The position numbers were made by a program, and so were the translations under genes. Under the pieces are notes generated by a model that saw only the letters and a list, made by a program, of their open reading frames with translations, was not told where the DNA came from and did no database searches. This document shows, piece after piece, positions 17,775-26,489 of a DNA stretch of 32,000 bases. The DNA is from Candidatus Lokiarchaeum ossiferum (GTDB lineage Archaea; Asgardarchaeota; Lokiarchaeia; Sigyniarchaeales; Promethearchaeaceae): contig CP104013.1 in the NCBI GenBank assembly GCA_025839675.1, positions 3,690,001 through 3,722,000 on the forward strand. Reading direction: 5' to 3'. The stretch's first letter is position 1. The number at the start of each line of letters is the position of its first letter.

Positions 17775-18815
17775 TTACACTAAATCTTTTTTTACATTAA
17801 ATATTGCTACGTTTTGGAAATTCATTGAATGACAATTTAAACATGCAATAGAAAGGGTCGTAATCATTTGAGAACCATGAATGTGGAACGCTGATAAATT
17901 TTTATCATATCCTTTGAGTATATTTTTTGAATGACAAATTGGACATTCAGTAATTGACTCCATCTTGAATATATCTTGAGGTTCCTCAATTAATACCTTA
18001 GATTGCTCATGCTTTGGTTTAATATCGATAATTTGGCTATTTTCATCAGAATAATCATACTCATTAGAATTCAGATCCTTCATTGCCATCTTACCAATTT
18101 CCCGTACGAATTGACCATCGCGAATAATATATGTACGATCTGCAATTTTACGGAACGCAGGATCATGAGTTACAATGATCATGGCCTTATCTGGATATTT
18201 TTCCATGTTTTGATGGAAGATTCCCATGATTTTTTCTGCAGATACAGAATCTATGTTACCTGTGGGTTCATCTGCCAGAATAAGTTTTGGATTGTTAGCA
18301 AACGCTTGTGCAATGGCGACTCGTTGTTTTTCCCCACCAGATAATGTAAAAGGACGGTGCCGGGTTCGATTCTTTAGACCAACATCATTCAATAACTCTT
18401 CAACCCGCGTTTTTCTTTCACTTTTCGGTTTCTTGGCCACAATCATTGGCATTTCTACATTTCCGGCAGCTGTTAAGCTTGGGATCAGATTGAAAAATTG
18501 AAAAATGATGCCAATATCATTTTGAAGGAGCTGTTGAATCCCTTCATCTTTCAATCGACTTATTTCCAATTCTTTTACCTTCACGCTTCCTGCATTAGGG
18601 CGTTCTAATCCTGCTATGATATTTAATAGGGTGGTTTTTCCAGATCCGCTCGGACCCATGATCACAACTAGTTCGCCTGGATAGACAGTTAAATCTATAT
18701 TGTTAAGGGCAATGACTTCCAAATGGCCTTGTTTATAAATTTTGTAGACTCCCTCCAGCGATACAGCAGGGCTTTTTTGCTCGATGTTTTTTTCGTTTGA
18801 ATCTTCTTCAGACAT
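17775..18815 (-). CDS. ABC transporter ATP-binding protein (MacB/LolD-like, COG1136 type) with a C-terminal zinc-ribbon extension
   Basis: Walker A is GPSGSGKTT, the Q-loop region is IIFQFFNL, the signature is LSGGEKQR, Walker B is LILADEPT, and the H-loop is VTHD. The extra ~110-aa tail ends with CPICHS-x28-CLNCHS. I place the start at ATG 18815 (MSEEDSNEK). It is preceded by GAGGA and lies 16 nt after the upstream stop, so it is shorter than the track ORF. Confidence 0.92.
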   Translation of the reverse strand: MSEEDSNEKNIEQKSPAVSLEGVYKIYKQGHLEVIALNNIDLTVYPGELVVIMGPSGSGKTTLLNIIAGLERPNAGSVKVKELEISRLKDEGIQQLLQNDIGIIFQFFNLIPSLTAAGNVEMPMIVAKKPKSERKTRVEELLNDVGLKNRTRHRPFTLSGGEKQRVAIAQAFANNPKLILADEPTGNIDSVSAEKIMGIFHQNMEKYPDKAMIIVTHDPAFRKIADRTYIIRDGQFVREIGKMAMKDLNSNEYDYSDENSQIIDIKPKHEQSKVLIEEPQDIFKMESITECPICHSKNILKGYDKNLSAFHIHGSQMITTLSIACLNCHSMNFQNVAIFNVKKDLV

Positions 18816-18831
18816 ATGAATTCCTCGTGAA

Positions 18832-21800
18832 TTATTTTTTTTCAAAATGTTTTGCAAGGGTTTTCTTTGTAATTCGGGAAAACCCAATAAACCAGATTAC
18901 TAGTGTCATTGAAAAAGTGATAAGTATTATTGATCCGATTTCCAAGATATTGGGGTATATGGGTAAATTTAATTCATGCCTTGTATAGGCTGAACTCCAC
19001 GTATAATATCCTAAACTAGACCAAGTTTCGGTATTTTGTATTAATTTTAGCATAATGTAGGTAGAAAAAAAAGCTGTTAGAATTGCCGGTACTATTGCTA
19101 ATATAAAAATAGTAAGAATTTGAGTTAGTTTTATCTTTGTTAATTTACGGTTTCCGATCCCCTTTGATTTAAACAGGGCATCATAGGGGATATTATTCTT
19201 CTGAATCGCAATTAGAAATAACCCTAAGGTGATCCCAAAAAATATACTCACTATAAGTGATGCCATATATGCAATCTCAATCAAGGGTTCACTATTTATC
19301 GAAAATACGGAGATATCATTCCATTTTTGATTATAAAACTGAATTTTGCTATTTTGATCAAATATCGGAAAAGTGGTTGCAGTTCGATTTTCGAGTAATT
19401 TTTGAGTTATTTCAGCAGGTAATTCTCCTTTAGAATTCAAATTTAAATCAAAGAGGAAGGTTAGTTGCTCTGCTTTATGATTGTAGGTGGAAATTTGATC
19501 AATTTCTGAGGAATCTATGAAAATTAATTTCGAAAATATATCTGGGGCCAAATTATAATCTGGAAAAACACCAGGTAATCTTTCTACCGACCCTAAAATT
19601 TTGCAATTCAAAGACACAAAATTTGGGGTTCCATTCATATCTTTATAATATCTGTAAGTTACCCGAATTTCATCATCAATCATCCATTCACCAGTTAAAA
19701 ATCCTGGAGTTACGAGTATGCCGATATTAGATTTATCTGGATTTGAGTTATATTCATTAATCGATTCAATCTGTTTCATTAACTTATGATTAGGTAGAAT
19801 TTTGTTTCCTTCTTGTATAATAGTTTGATAATCCTCAAAATCAAACAACATCATGGATTTCTCATTATTTTCATATACTTCAGTATTTTTTTCTTGAAAT
19901 AAGATGGGCATCCCATGGTTCACAACCGGATTTCCTTTAGTATCGGTAAATTCTTGCAACTCTTGAGACCAAGAGTTCCATTGTGTTTGGTTGAAATTCA
20001 ATTTCGCTTCAGAGTTAAATTGGACCTTCATATCCGCTCCTATTATGAAGTTTTCATGAATTTTTCCATAATGAATGTAAGAATGGGTCCCAATATTCAC
20101 CCCCACAAATAATGTTATAAAAATGGCAAATAAGGTTAAAATCCGGGAGAGATCTTTTCTTTTAATAAAATTGAGTCCGATTAGATAATCAAATTCTCGA
20201 ATAAAGGGATGAGCTATTTTTTTGGCAACCCGTGCTAAAATAGAAGGTTTTTCCTTGCTGATTAATCGAAAAATTCCATATATTAGTGAAAGGGGGCATA
20301 TCACTGAAATATTTACTAAGTAATATCGTTGATTCAATCTTGCAATGAAATACATGAAATTATCAGAGATTCCATCTATTAGGGATATTTGAACCAGGAA
20401 AAAGAATAATATTGGGAAAAATCCGACTATAATGAATAAATAAGACCATTTAAAAGTCAATTTTTCAATTTCTTCGATATCATTTTCATAAATTTGGTCA
20501 TCGGAGGGATCTAACTGTGGTGCTGATTGGGAGATTTTAGTTTTTTTGCCATATTTGAGCCATTTTTTAAAGGGACTGAAGGCTTTACTTGACTTAAATT
20601 TATTCGTTTTTCTCTTAAACCATTTAAATTTTGATTTTTTGTCTTGTTTCGCTGTAAATAGTGTTGATTCATCATAAATTCCTGAAAAATCTTCAGACCC
20701 GTTCTCAGTGAGTAAATCTGTTAGCGCCATGTTTTTAAAAAATTTAGCAGATTTGTAATTAGATAACAAGGAAATCAAGATTCCCAATCCAAATGTTAGA
20801 AAAATAGATGGGATTCCAATCTGTGGTGAAATTGAAGCACTTACATCCAAGTCAAATGCATAAGGGGTGATCACTTTGTTAAGAATTGGGAATATTACAA
20901 GTCCTCCTAAAAGCGCTAGCGTGGATGAAATCATTCCTATCATCAGAATTTCAATTAAATTTTGCTTTTGAATGGATTTCTTTGAAACACCTTTACTTAA
21001 TAGTAATAAAAATTCTTGAATCCGATCTTGACGGCCAATGTTCAATGAATTTGCCCCCAAAAGTAAACAAAATATCAAAATAGGTATGATCATAATGGCT
21101 GATATCTCTTGGATCGTGTAGCCAGCATAGTCAGTGTTAAGTAATGATTCTTCAATGTATGACTTTAAAAGTATATCTTCTGGCAATTCCCGACGTAATT
21201 GAGTTACCTTGAGGTTAATTTCACTAATTTCTGCTTGTAAGCGATTAAATTTCACTAGTGATTTAGGATATAGTAAGGATAAACCTGTAGAAAAAGGAAC
21301 ATCTATACCATTTGGAATGAATTTTGCTCGTAACGTCTCATTTGTATACAGCTCATTCAAATAATCTATTATAGGATAAGATTTTGTGAAATCTGTAAAA
21401 TTATATGTCCAAAAACATGGAAGGTCTATTAAAATGTCGTTAGATAGTTGACTTGCAATCGAAACATCTGGGGAAAGATAATCGGCATAATTATATCGAG
21501 GATAGTATCTATTTCCAGTTAAGGAAAAATAATTATTTGAAGCCACGTAGATTCCAGCTACTGAATAGTTTGTGAACACAATATCTTCAAATTTATCTTG
21601 CACTGAGCTGTAATCAGAGTAATAATTATTAGCTGATAATCCCAGACGCATTGTCAAATCTATGGTCTTATTGACTCCAAAATCATATGATTTTGCCATT
21701 TCAACTGGAATCATTACTTCATTGGGGTTTTGAGGATATTTTCCCTCAACAATATTGATGATTTTTTTAAATCGGGTGGATTCATAGAAGTCTTCCCCCA

Positions 21801-22209
21801 AGAAATAGAAAGATATGGGAAAGCGTTTTTGATTTTCAGGTAGAGCATTTCCATCATCAAAAGATCCTTTAAAATTGGATCCTTGTGTGGAGTAGAGATA
21901 TCCGTTTTGATCAATATTAAAGCGCCCGAAAGGATGAGATTCTTCTATCGGCAGTGGAGAATTCTCTAAAATTGAATCTAACTCGATTTGGGACTTCAAA
22001 TAATGATCTGAGAAATGGAGTGTTGGATTTTGATAGGAAAGAAGAAAATCATCCATATAGTAAAAACTGTTATAAAAATTATATTCTTGCGCGGCTATGG
22101 TGTAATTTTGGAATCCACTAACCATCGACAGCCCTAAAGAAAATATGATTATAACTAAAATTGAATGACGAATTGAACAAAACGCTTGTTTGAGATTGAA
22201 TGTGAACAT
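18832..22209 (-). CDS. ABC transporter permease, MacB/FtsX type, with two FtsX modules and two large extracytoplasmic domains (paralogue A)
   Basis: 1125-aa ORF with the same architecture as 14422-17754. Matching blocks are IVEGKYPQNPNEVMIPVEMAKSY vs IIEGYAPQNENEIIIDALLASH, IGADMKVQF vs TGADIQIKM, and RLPGVFPDY vs LLPGITPDF. Confidence 0.85.
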   Translation of the reverse strand: MFTFNLKQAFCSIRHSILVIIIFSLGLSMVSGFQNYTIAAQEYNFYNSFYYMDDFLLSYQNPTLHFSDHYLKSQIELDSILENSPLPIEESHPFGRFNIDQNGYLYSTQGSNFKGSFDDGNALPENQKRFPISFYFLGEDFYESTRFKKIINIVEGKYPQNPNEVMIPVEMAKSYDFGVNKTIDLTMRLGLSANNYYSDYSSVQDKFEDIVFTNYSVAGIYVASNNYFSLTGNRYYPRYNYADYLSPDVSIASQLSNDILIDLPCFWTYNFTDFTKSYPIIDYLNELYTNETLRAKFIPNGIDVPFSTGLSLLYPKSLVKFNRLQAEISEINLKVTQLRRELPEDILLKSYIEESLLNTDYAGYTIQEISAIMIIPILIFCLLLGANSLNIGRQDRIQEFLLLLSKGVSKKSIQKQNLIEILMIGMISSTLALLGGLVIFPILNKVITPYAFDLDVSASISPQIGIPSIFLTFGLGILISLLSNYKSAKFFKNMALTDLLTENGSEDFSGIYDESTLFTAKQDKKSKFKWFKRKTNKFKSSKAFSPFKKWLKYGKKTKISQSAPQLDPSDDQIYENDIEEIEKLTFKWSYLFIIVGFFPILFFFLVQISLIDGISDNFMYFIARLNQRYYLVNISVICPLSLIYGIFRLISKEKPSILARVAKKIAHPFIREFDYLIGLNFIKRKDLSRILTLFAIFITLFVGVNIGTHSYIHYGKIHENFIIGADMKVQFNSEAKLNFNQTQWNSWSQELQEFTDTKGNPVVNHGMPILFQEKNTEVYENNEKSMMLFDFEDYQTIIQEGNKILPNHKLMKQIESINEYNSNPDKSNIGILVTPGFLTGEWMIDDEIRVTYRYYKDMNGTPNFVSLNCKILGSVERLPGVFPDYNLAPDIFSKLIFIDSSEIDQISTYNHKAEQLTFLFDLNLNSKGELPAEITQKLLENRTATTFPIFDQNSKIQFYNQKWNDISVFSINSEPLIEIAYMASLIVSIFFGITLGLFLIAIQKNNIPYDALFKSKGIGNRKLTKIKLTQILTIFILAIVPAILTAFFSTYIMLKLIQNTETWSSLGYYTWSSAYTRHELNLPIYPNILEIGSIILITFSMTLVIWFIGFSRITKKTLAKHFEKK

Positions 22210-22251
22210 AAATATAATTCCCTTTTTGATTTTGAAAAAAATAATCCAATT

Positions 22252-22509
22252 TTATTTTAATCGTTCTTTCATGGCTTCCAACAACTCAAAATAGAGTTTT
22301 TTGTAAAGAACAAGTTCACTTTTTACTCGTGTCAGTTCTGCTCGAAGATCTTCATCTTCTTCAATATCTTGTTGAAGGTCTTTTAGTTTATTGTTGGAAA
22401 CACCCGATCCAAATTTCAATTTTAATTGAGTTTGAATGTCTCGATAAGGCATTCCAACACGTAATAATGATTTTGCATAGGTAATTTTTTCTTTTTTAGA
22501 TATATTCAT
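22252..22509 (-). CDS. Small protein with a possible N-terminal HTH and an acidic/coiled-coil C-terminus
   Basis: 85-aa ORF. KITYAKSLLRVGMPYRDIQTQLKLKFGSGVSNNKLKDL is helix-turn-helix-like. EEDEDLRAELTRVKSELVLYKKLYFELLEAMKERLK is heptad-like. It sits 23 nt after the 507-aa gene and 42 nt before the permease. Confidence 0.55.
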   Translation of the reverse strand: MNISKKEKITYAKSLLRVGMPYRDIQTQLKLKFGSGVSNNKLKDLQQDIEEDEDLRAELTRVKSELVLYKKLYFELLEAMKERLK

Positions 22510-22532
22510 GTATAGATCTCCGTAAATATAAA

Positions 22533-24056
22533 TTATATCGTGGTCGAATTTAGTGTAGAATCAGAATCATCTCTATTATTCCCAATCTTATTGAGTATCT
22601 TTTGGTGTTCTACTAGTAATTCTTTTTCATCTATAGTGAATATTTGAGGCTTGCGAATTTTCTCATAGCAATTTCTGCATTTAATAAATCCAATGAGACT
22701 CAATTCTTCAATTAACTTTATGTCAATTCTTTTCTTACAATTTGGACATATGAAATCAGATTTTTTTGGAATTTTTTGCTTTATTATTTGAAATTTACGG
22801 TATTTAAAGCGCATGGCTATGATAATTGGGCATAAAATTATGAAATGTATGATAAATATTAACCAAAAAATTCTTTCACCATAAACCCAGACAAGTAAGA
22901 CAAGTAAATATTGAATTCCAAAAGTGATTACTGGAGTTATTATCATTCTTAAGAGAACCAATATCATTGAACGATTTTTAAAGGGTTTAGGGTTTCCAAA
23001 AAGTAGTATAACATTTATAAAAAGGGCATTTACTAGTAACCAGTATAATGTTGAAAAATCATAGCTCCTATTTGCGTAATTGTAGAGTATATAATTAGCG
23101 AAATACCCCCATAAGAATGAGATCAGGATTGATATCCCAACAAATATACTTGGTCTATTCCATTTTTTTTCCCCAGCTTTTATATTTTGTATGATTTTTG
23201 GATGAAACTCAACATCGCTCGAAAAGAAGTAAATTAAAAGGTTTAAGGTGACGAAATATTGAATTAACAATAAAATTATAACTCCAATCAAGAAAATTAT
23301 AAAATTGGGTAAAATGTTTAAAAACAAATTATTCCATCTTCCTTCGGTTACAAAAATGACTGAATTGGTGATTAGGGATGCAACTAATAAGATAAGAACG
23401 ATATTTTGATTCTTCGACCTATTTTGAAATACTCCAAACAAATTATATGCTCCAAAATTAACAATTATTACTAAAATTACACCAAAATATGATGAAAATA
23501 TATCTAAGGTCATAAAAATGAAGGAGATTAGGTTGAGGATTCCCCAAATAAAATTTGAAGAGATTAATCTCCACTTCAAATCTTTGGAGAGTCCTTTGAA
23601 CCCAAAATACCCCCCAAGTTGATTTATTTGTGCCTCGTCATCAATTCTATTACGGATCATATTTATTTTAAGATTTAAGTGCAACATTAACTCAATAAAA
23701 ACGTTTATAATTAATAGTGAAATTAGGGGGACGAGCAGATATGATATTTCACTTGAACGAAGAAAGAAAATAGGATGAAAAATTGTGAAATTTAACATAA
23801 AAAAGGTCAGGAAAGTAAGAATAACATTGACTCCATTATTAGGATACGCATTTTTGAAGACAAAGTGAAATCCAATTGAGGAAATAATCTCTATCAGAAT
23901 AAACATAAATATTCTAATAAACTGAGAACCATTAAAAGGGTCTGTTGAACTAGAATTTTCATTTAACATCAGAAATAATATGTAAAGGACAATATAATTC
24001 AGACTTACTCCAATATTTACAAGATATTTTTCAAAATTTTTTATGATTTTTGTCAT
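22533..24056 (-). CDS. Polytopic membrane protein (roughly 12 TM) with a cytoplasmic C-terminal zinc ribbon, function unknown
   Basis: 507-aa ORF that is almost entirely hydrophobic segments. The tail reads FICPNCKKRIDIKLIEELSLIGFIKCRNCYEK (CxxC-x19-CxxC). A TATA-like attttaaata (minus strand, 24100-24109) lies 44-53 nt upstream of the ATG. Confidence 0.7.
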   Translation of the reverse strand: MTKIIKNFEKYLVNIGVSLNYIVLYILFLMLNENSSSTDPFNGSQFIRIFMFILIEIISSIGFHFVFKNAYPNNGVNVILTFLTFFMLNFTIFHPIFFLRSSEISYLLVPLISLLIINVFIELMLHLNLKINMIRNRIDDEAQINQLGGYFGFKGLSKDLKWRLISSNFIWGILNLISFIFMTLDIFSSYFGVILVIIVNFGAYNLFGVFQNRSKNQNIVLILLVASLITNSVIFVTEGRWNNLFLNILPNFIIFLIGVIILLLIQYFVTLNLLIYFFSSDVEFHPKIIQNIKAGEKKWNRPSIFVGISILISFLWGYFANYILYNYANRSYDFSTLYWLLVNALFINVILLFGNPKPFKNRSMILVLLRMIITPVITFGIQYLLVLLVWVYGERIFWLIFIIHFIILCPIIIAMRFKYRKFQIIKQKIPKKSDFICPNCKKRIDIKLIEELSLIGFIKCRNCYEKIRKPQIFTIDEKELLVEHQKILNKIGNNRDDSDSTLNSTTI

Positions 24057-24441
24057 TTCATATCAGCTTTAATATTTTAGTTAGTCATATTTTTTTAGCT
24101 ATTTAAAATTATGGTATGTTATTTTTTTTTCTGACTTAAACTTATAAAATAAGAAAAAATGGCTTGAAATCAATTAAAAAAATAACGGAATCATAACAAA
24201 AAATAAATTCTACATTAATCGAATCTAACATTTTTTTTTCATGAAGTGAAAAATTAATCCTCTTCCTTATTTATGTAATTCATTTGTCGTTTCACAGATA
24301 AAAAACAGAGATTAGGATGTTACCTCCTGTTTTTTTAGACATTTTTTCCATTAATCATCTAAAATGTAATTTTGGGATGTTTAGATACAAAAACACGATT
24401 ATTCGAGTGAAAATTTGAAAAGAAAAGAGAAAGTAGGTATA

Positions 24442-24945
24442 TTATTGAAATCGACCATCATCAGTGACATTTTTGTGCGATTGGATTTTATTAGATAACC
24501 ACCCGATTTTAATTTCCTTGTTTTTTACTAATGCACAATCAAACGGAGGCACGAAAGGTTTGATATCAAGCAATGGGGTTTGATCTAACATATCCACATG
24601 TTTAACAGATATAATATTATCATCAATCCCAACGAGTTCTACCAAGCTAAATCCAATGGTATTTGGTCGCGAAGGGGCCCGAGTACTGAATACTCCTCGA
24701 ATTTCTGTGTCCAAATATGGTTTTACCTGCAAATTATGCTTAGTTATCCGATTAAAGTGATAAAATAAGAATATGAAGCTAAATTGATTCAGATCCTTAA
24801 GGCATGGTGTGAATTTGGGAAATATTTCTATCTTACCAACAATATTTGGTTTGGCTGAAGGTTGGATTGGTGCATCGGATCTATTTTTTAATGGAGAATG
24901 GATTATTCCAATGGGATCATAAGATATTGAGGAGTGAGAATTCAT
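24442..24945 (-). CDS. trmO: tRNA (N6-threonylcarbamoyladenosine(37)-N6)-methyltransferase TrmO / TsaA (YaeB, UPF0066) family protein
   Basis: 167-aa ORF. YDPIGIIHSPLKNRSDAPIQPS, FSFIFLFYHF, GVFSTRAPSRPNTIGFSLVEL and DMLDQTPLLDIKPFVPPFD match E. coli YaeB blocks (IGVIRSPYK..PRQP, GVFATRSTFRPNPIGMSLVEL, DLVDGTPVVDIKPYLP). Confidence 0.88.
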   Translation of the reverse strand: MNSHSSISYDPIGIIHSPLKNRSDAPIQPSAKPNIVGKIEIFPKFTPCLKDLNQFSFIFLFYHFNRITKHNLQVKPYLDTEIRGVFSTRAPSRPNTIGFSLVELVGIDDNIISVKHVDMLDQTPLLDIKPFVPPFDCALVKNKEIKIGWLSNKIQSHKNVTDDGRFQ

Positions 24946-25030
24946 AAGTATATGAGAACAATGACACCTAATTATCTTGATTATTTAGTATGTCTCATCT
25001 TTTGAAAGAAAAGAAAAGAAATAGGTAAAA

Positions 25031-26335
25031 TTAGGAAATTATTGACCGTTCTTCTGAAAATTGGAGATATTCTTTGGTATCAATAATTTGCTTGAGGGTG
25101 TGAACGAGATTCCAAACTTCTTCATAAGTATTATATAATGCAATTGGTGCAATACGGATTACATTGGGGGGCCGAAAATCGGGGATAAATCCGTGGTGAA
25201 TTAATGCTTTGTTAATTCGGTAAGCATCTTTCTCACGTTCTAATGCAATATGTCCACTACGACGGGTAGACTCTAAGGGGGTTCCAATCATGAAAGAATA
25301 GGGATCTTGTGAAAGAAGTTCTTTAACGAGAAAAATGAGATATTCGGTCATATGGAGCGATTTTTTCCGAATTTGTTCTATTCCCGCGGCGAGAGTAATT
25401 TCCAATGCGCCTTCAACCCCTCCTGCAGCAATTATTCCAGGGGATGAAATCTGCCACCCACCAGCATTGTTCGCTTGTTCAAATTGTAATGCCATATCAA
25501 ATTGTTTTTCTTTAATATATCCAAACCACCCGATCAAGCCATTTTTCTTACTAAAATGACGTTCATTGATATATAAAAACCCTGGAGCACCTGGACCACT
25601 ATTTAGATACTTATAACTGCACCAGAATGCAAAATCGACGTCCCACTCATCAAATTTATGGGGAACTGCGCCAACCGAATGGCAGCAATCAAATCCAATA
25701 ACGATGTTACGAACATGGGCTTCTTTTGTAAGATGTGCAATGTTTAATAATTGGCCACTTCGATACAACACTGAAGGAAGAATAATTAAAGCGATATCAG
25801 GCGTCATCATTTCGATGATTTTTTGTTCATCTAAGGTTTTACCATCTTCACTGGGAACTAATACCAAGTGATTTTGGAGGTTCAAACCCTTCATTTGAAT
25901 CTGCCCGCCAAGAGCATAAAGATCATTCGGAAAATTCAATTCATCGGCTAATATTTTGGTTTTTGCTCCTTCAGGTTGATAAAAAGTGCTCACTAAGGAA
26001 TGTAAATTGATTGTGGTGGTTCCCGTCATTACTACTTCTGAAGGTTTCGCCCCCACTATCGGAGCTATTTTTTCCCCCATCCGTTCGCTAAAATAAAACC
26101 AAGGAATTTGAGCATTTAACCATCCTCCAATACCCATAGATTTCCATTCATTTAAAACTCGTTGAATCGCTATTTCTGATTTTCGGGGCATTAATCCTAA
26201 GGAATTTCCATCCAAGTAGATTTTATCTACGGGTAGGAAAAATTGTTCCCGAAAGTGGTGTAGTGGATCTTTGCCATCCAAACTTTGTGCAAATTCATGA
26301 GTGGATACAAATTTATCAGCGCCAGGAAGAGCCAT
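25031..26335 (-). CDS. kynU: Kynureninase (PLP-dependent, aminotransferase class V fold)
   Basis: 434-aa ORF. LDGKDPLHHFREQFFLPVDKIYLDGNSLGLMP and FAFWCSYKYLNSGPGAPGFLY (PLP-lysine block) are the kynureninase family signatures as I recall them. Confidence 0.85.
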   Translation of the reverse strand: MALPGADKFVSTHEFAQSLDGKDPLHHFREQFFLPVDKIYLDGNSLGLMPRKSEIAIQRVLNEWKSMGIGGWLNAQIPWFYFSERMGEKIAPIVGAKPSEVVMTGTTTINLHSLVSTFYQPEGAKTKILADELNFPNDLYALGGQIQMKGLNLQNHLVLVPSEDGKTLDEQKIIEMMTPDIALIILPSVLYRSGQLLNIAHLTKEAHVRNIVIGFDCCHSVGAVPHKFDEWDVDFAFWCSYKYLNSGPGAPGFLYINERHFSKKNGLIGWFGYIKEKQFDMALQFEQANNAGGWQISSPGIIAAGGVEGALEITLAAGIEQIRKKSLHMTEYLIFLVKELLSQDPYSFMIGTPLESTRRSGHIALEREKDAYRINKALIHHGFIPDFRPPNVIRIAPIALYNTYEEVWNLVHTLKQIIDTKEYLQFSEERSIIS

Positions 26336-26489
26336 GAAAAAATTACGTCTTGCTGCAATATAAATGTTAAGCTTTCAAGAGCACATGATTTTAAAGGTTG
26401 AAAATTTTGTCCAATTTCGAATTAAAAACTTAAATGTAGAAAAAAGGGATATTTAGATATACATAAGCAAAAGTAGGTAAATCGGAAAA

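Noticed and set aside
18362-18372. GGGTTCGATTC, a tRNA T-arm-like string
   Set aside because: It lies inside the ATPase coding frame, on the opposite strand of the ...KNRTRHRP... codons. No acceptor or anticodon stems can be built around it, so it is not a tRNA.
18003-18501. Two plus-strand track ORFs (113 aa and 91 aa) inside the ATPase gene
   Set aside because: They are antisense to a gene with perfect Walker A/B, signature and H-loop motifs. Their sequences are low-complexity with no motifs. They are typical shadow ORFs.
18816-18887. 24-codon N-terminal extension of the ATPase ORF as given in the track (start at 18887)
   Set aside because: It would overlap the end of the upstream permease by 56 nt. 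ATG 18815 is preceded by GAGGA and leaves a 16-nt gap, and the NBD homology begins after it.
19915-21914. Track ORFs 19915-20112, 20886-21083 and 21714-21914 inside permease A
   Set aside because: They are out-of-frame or antisense ORFs within an uninterrupted 1125-aa ORF that has a clear paralogue. In AT-rich DNA such short ORFs arise readily.
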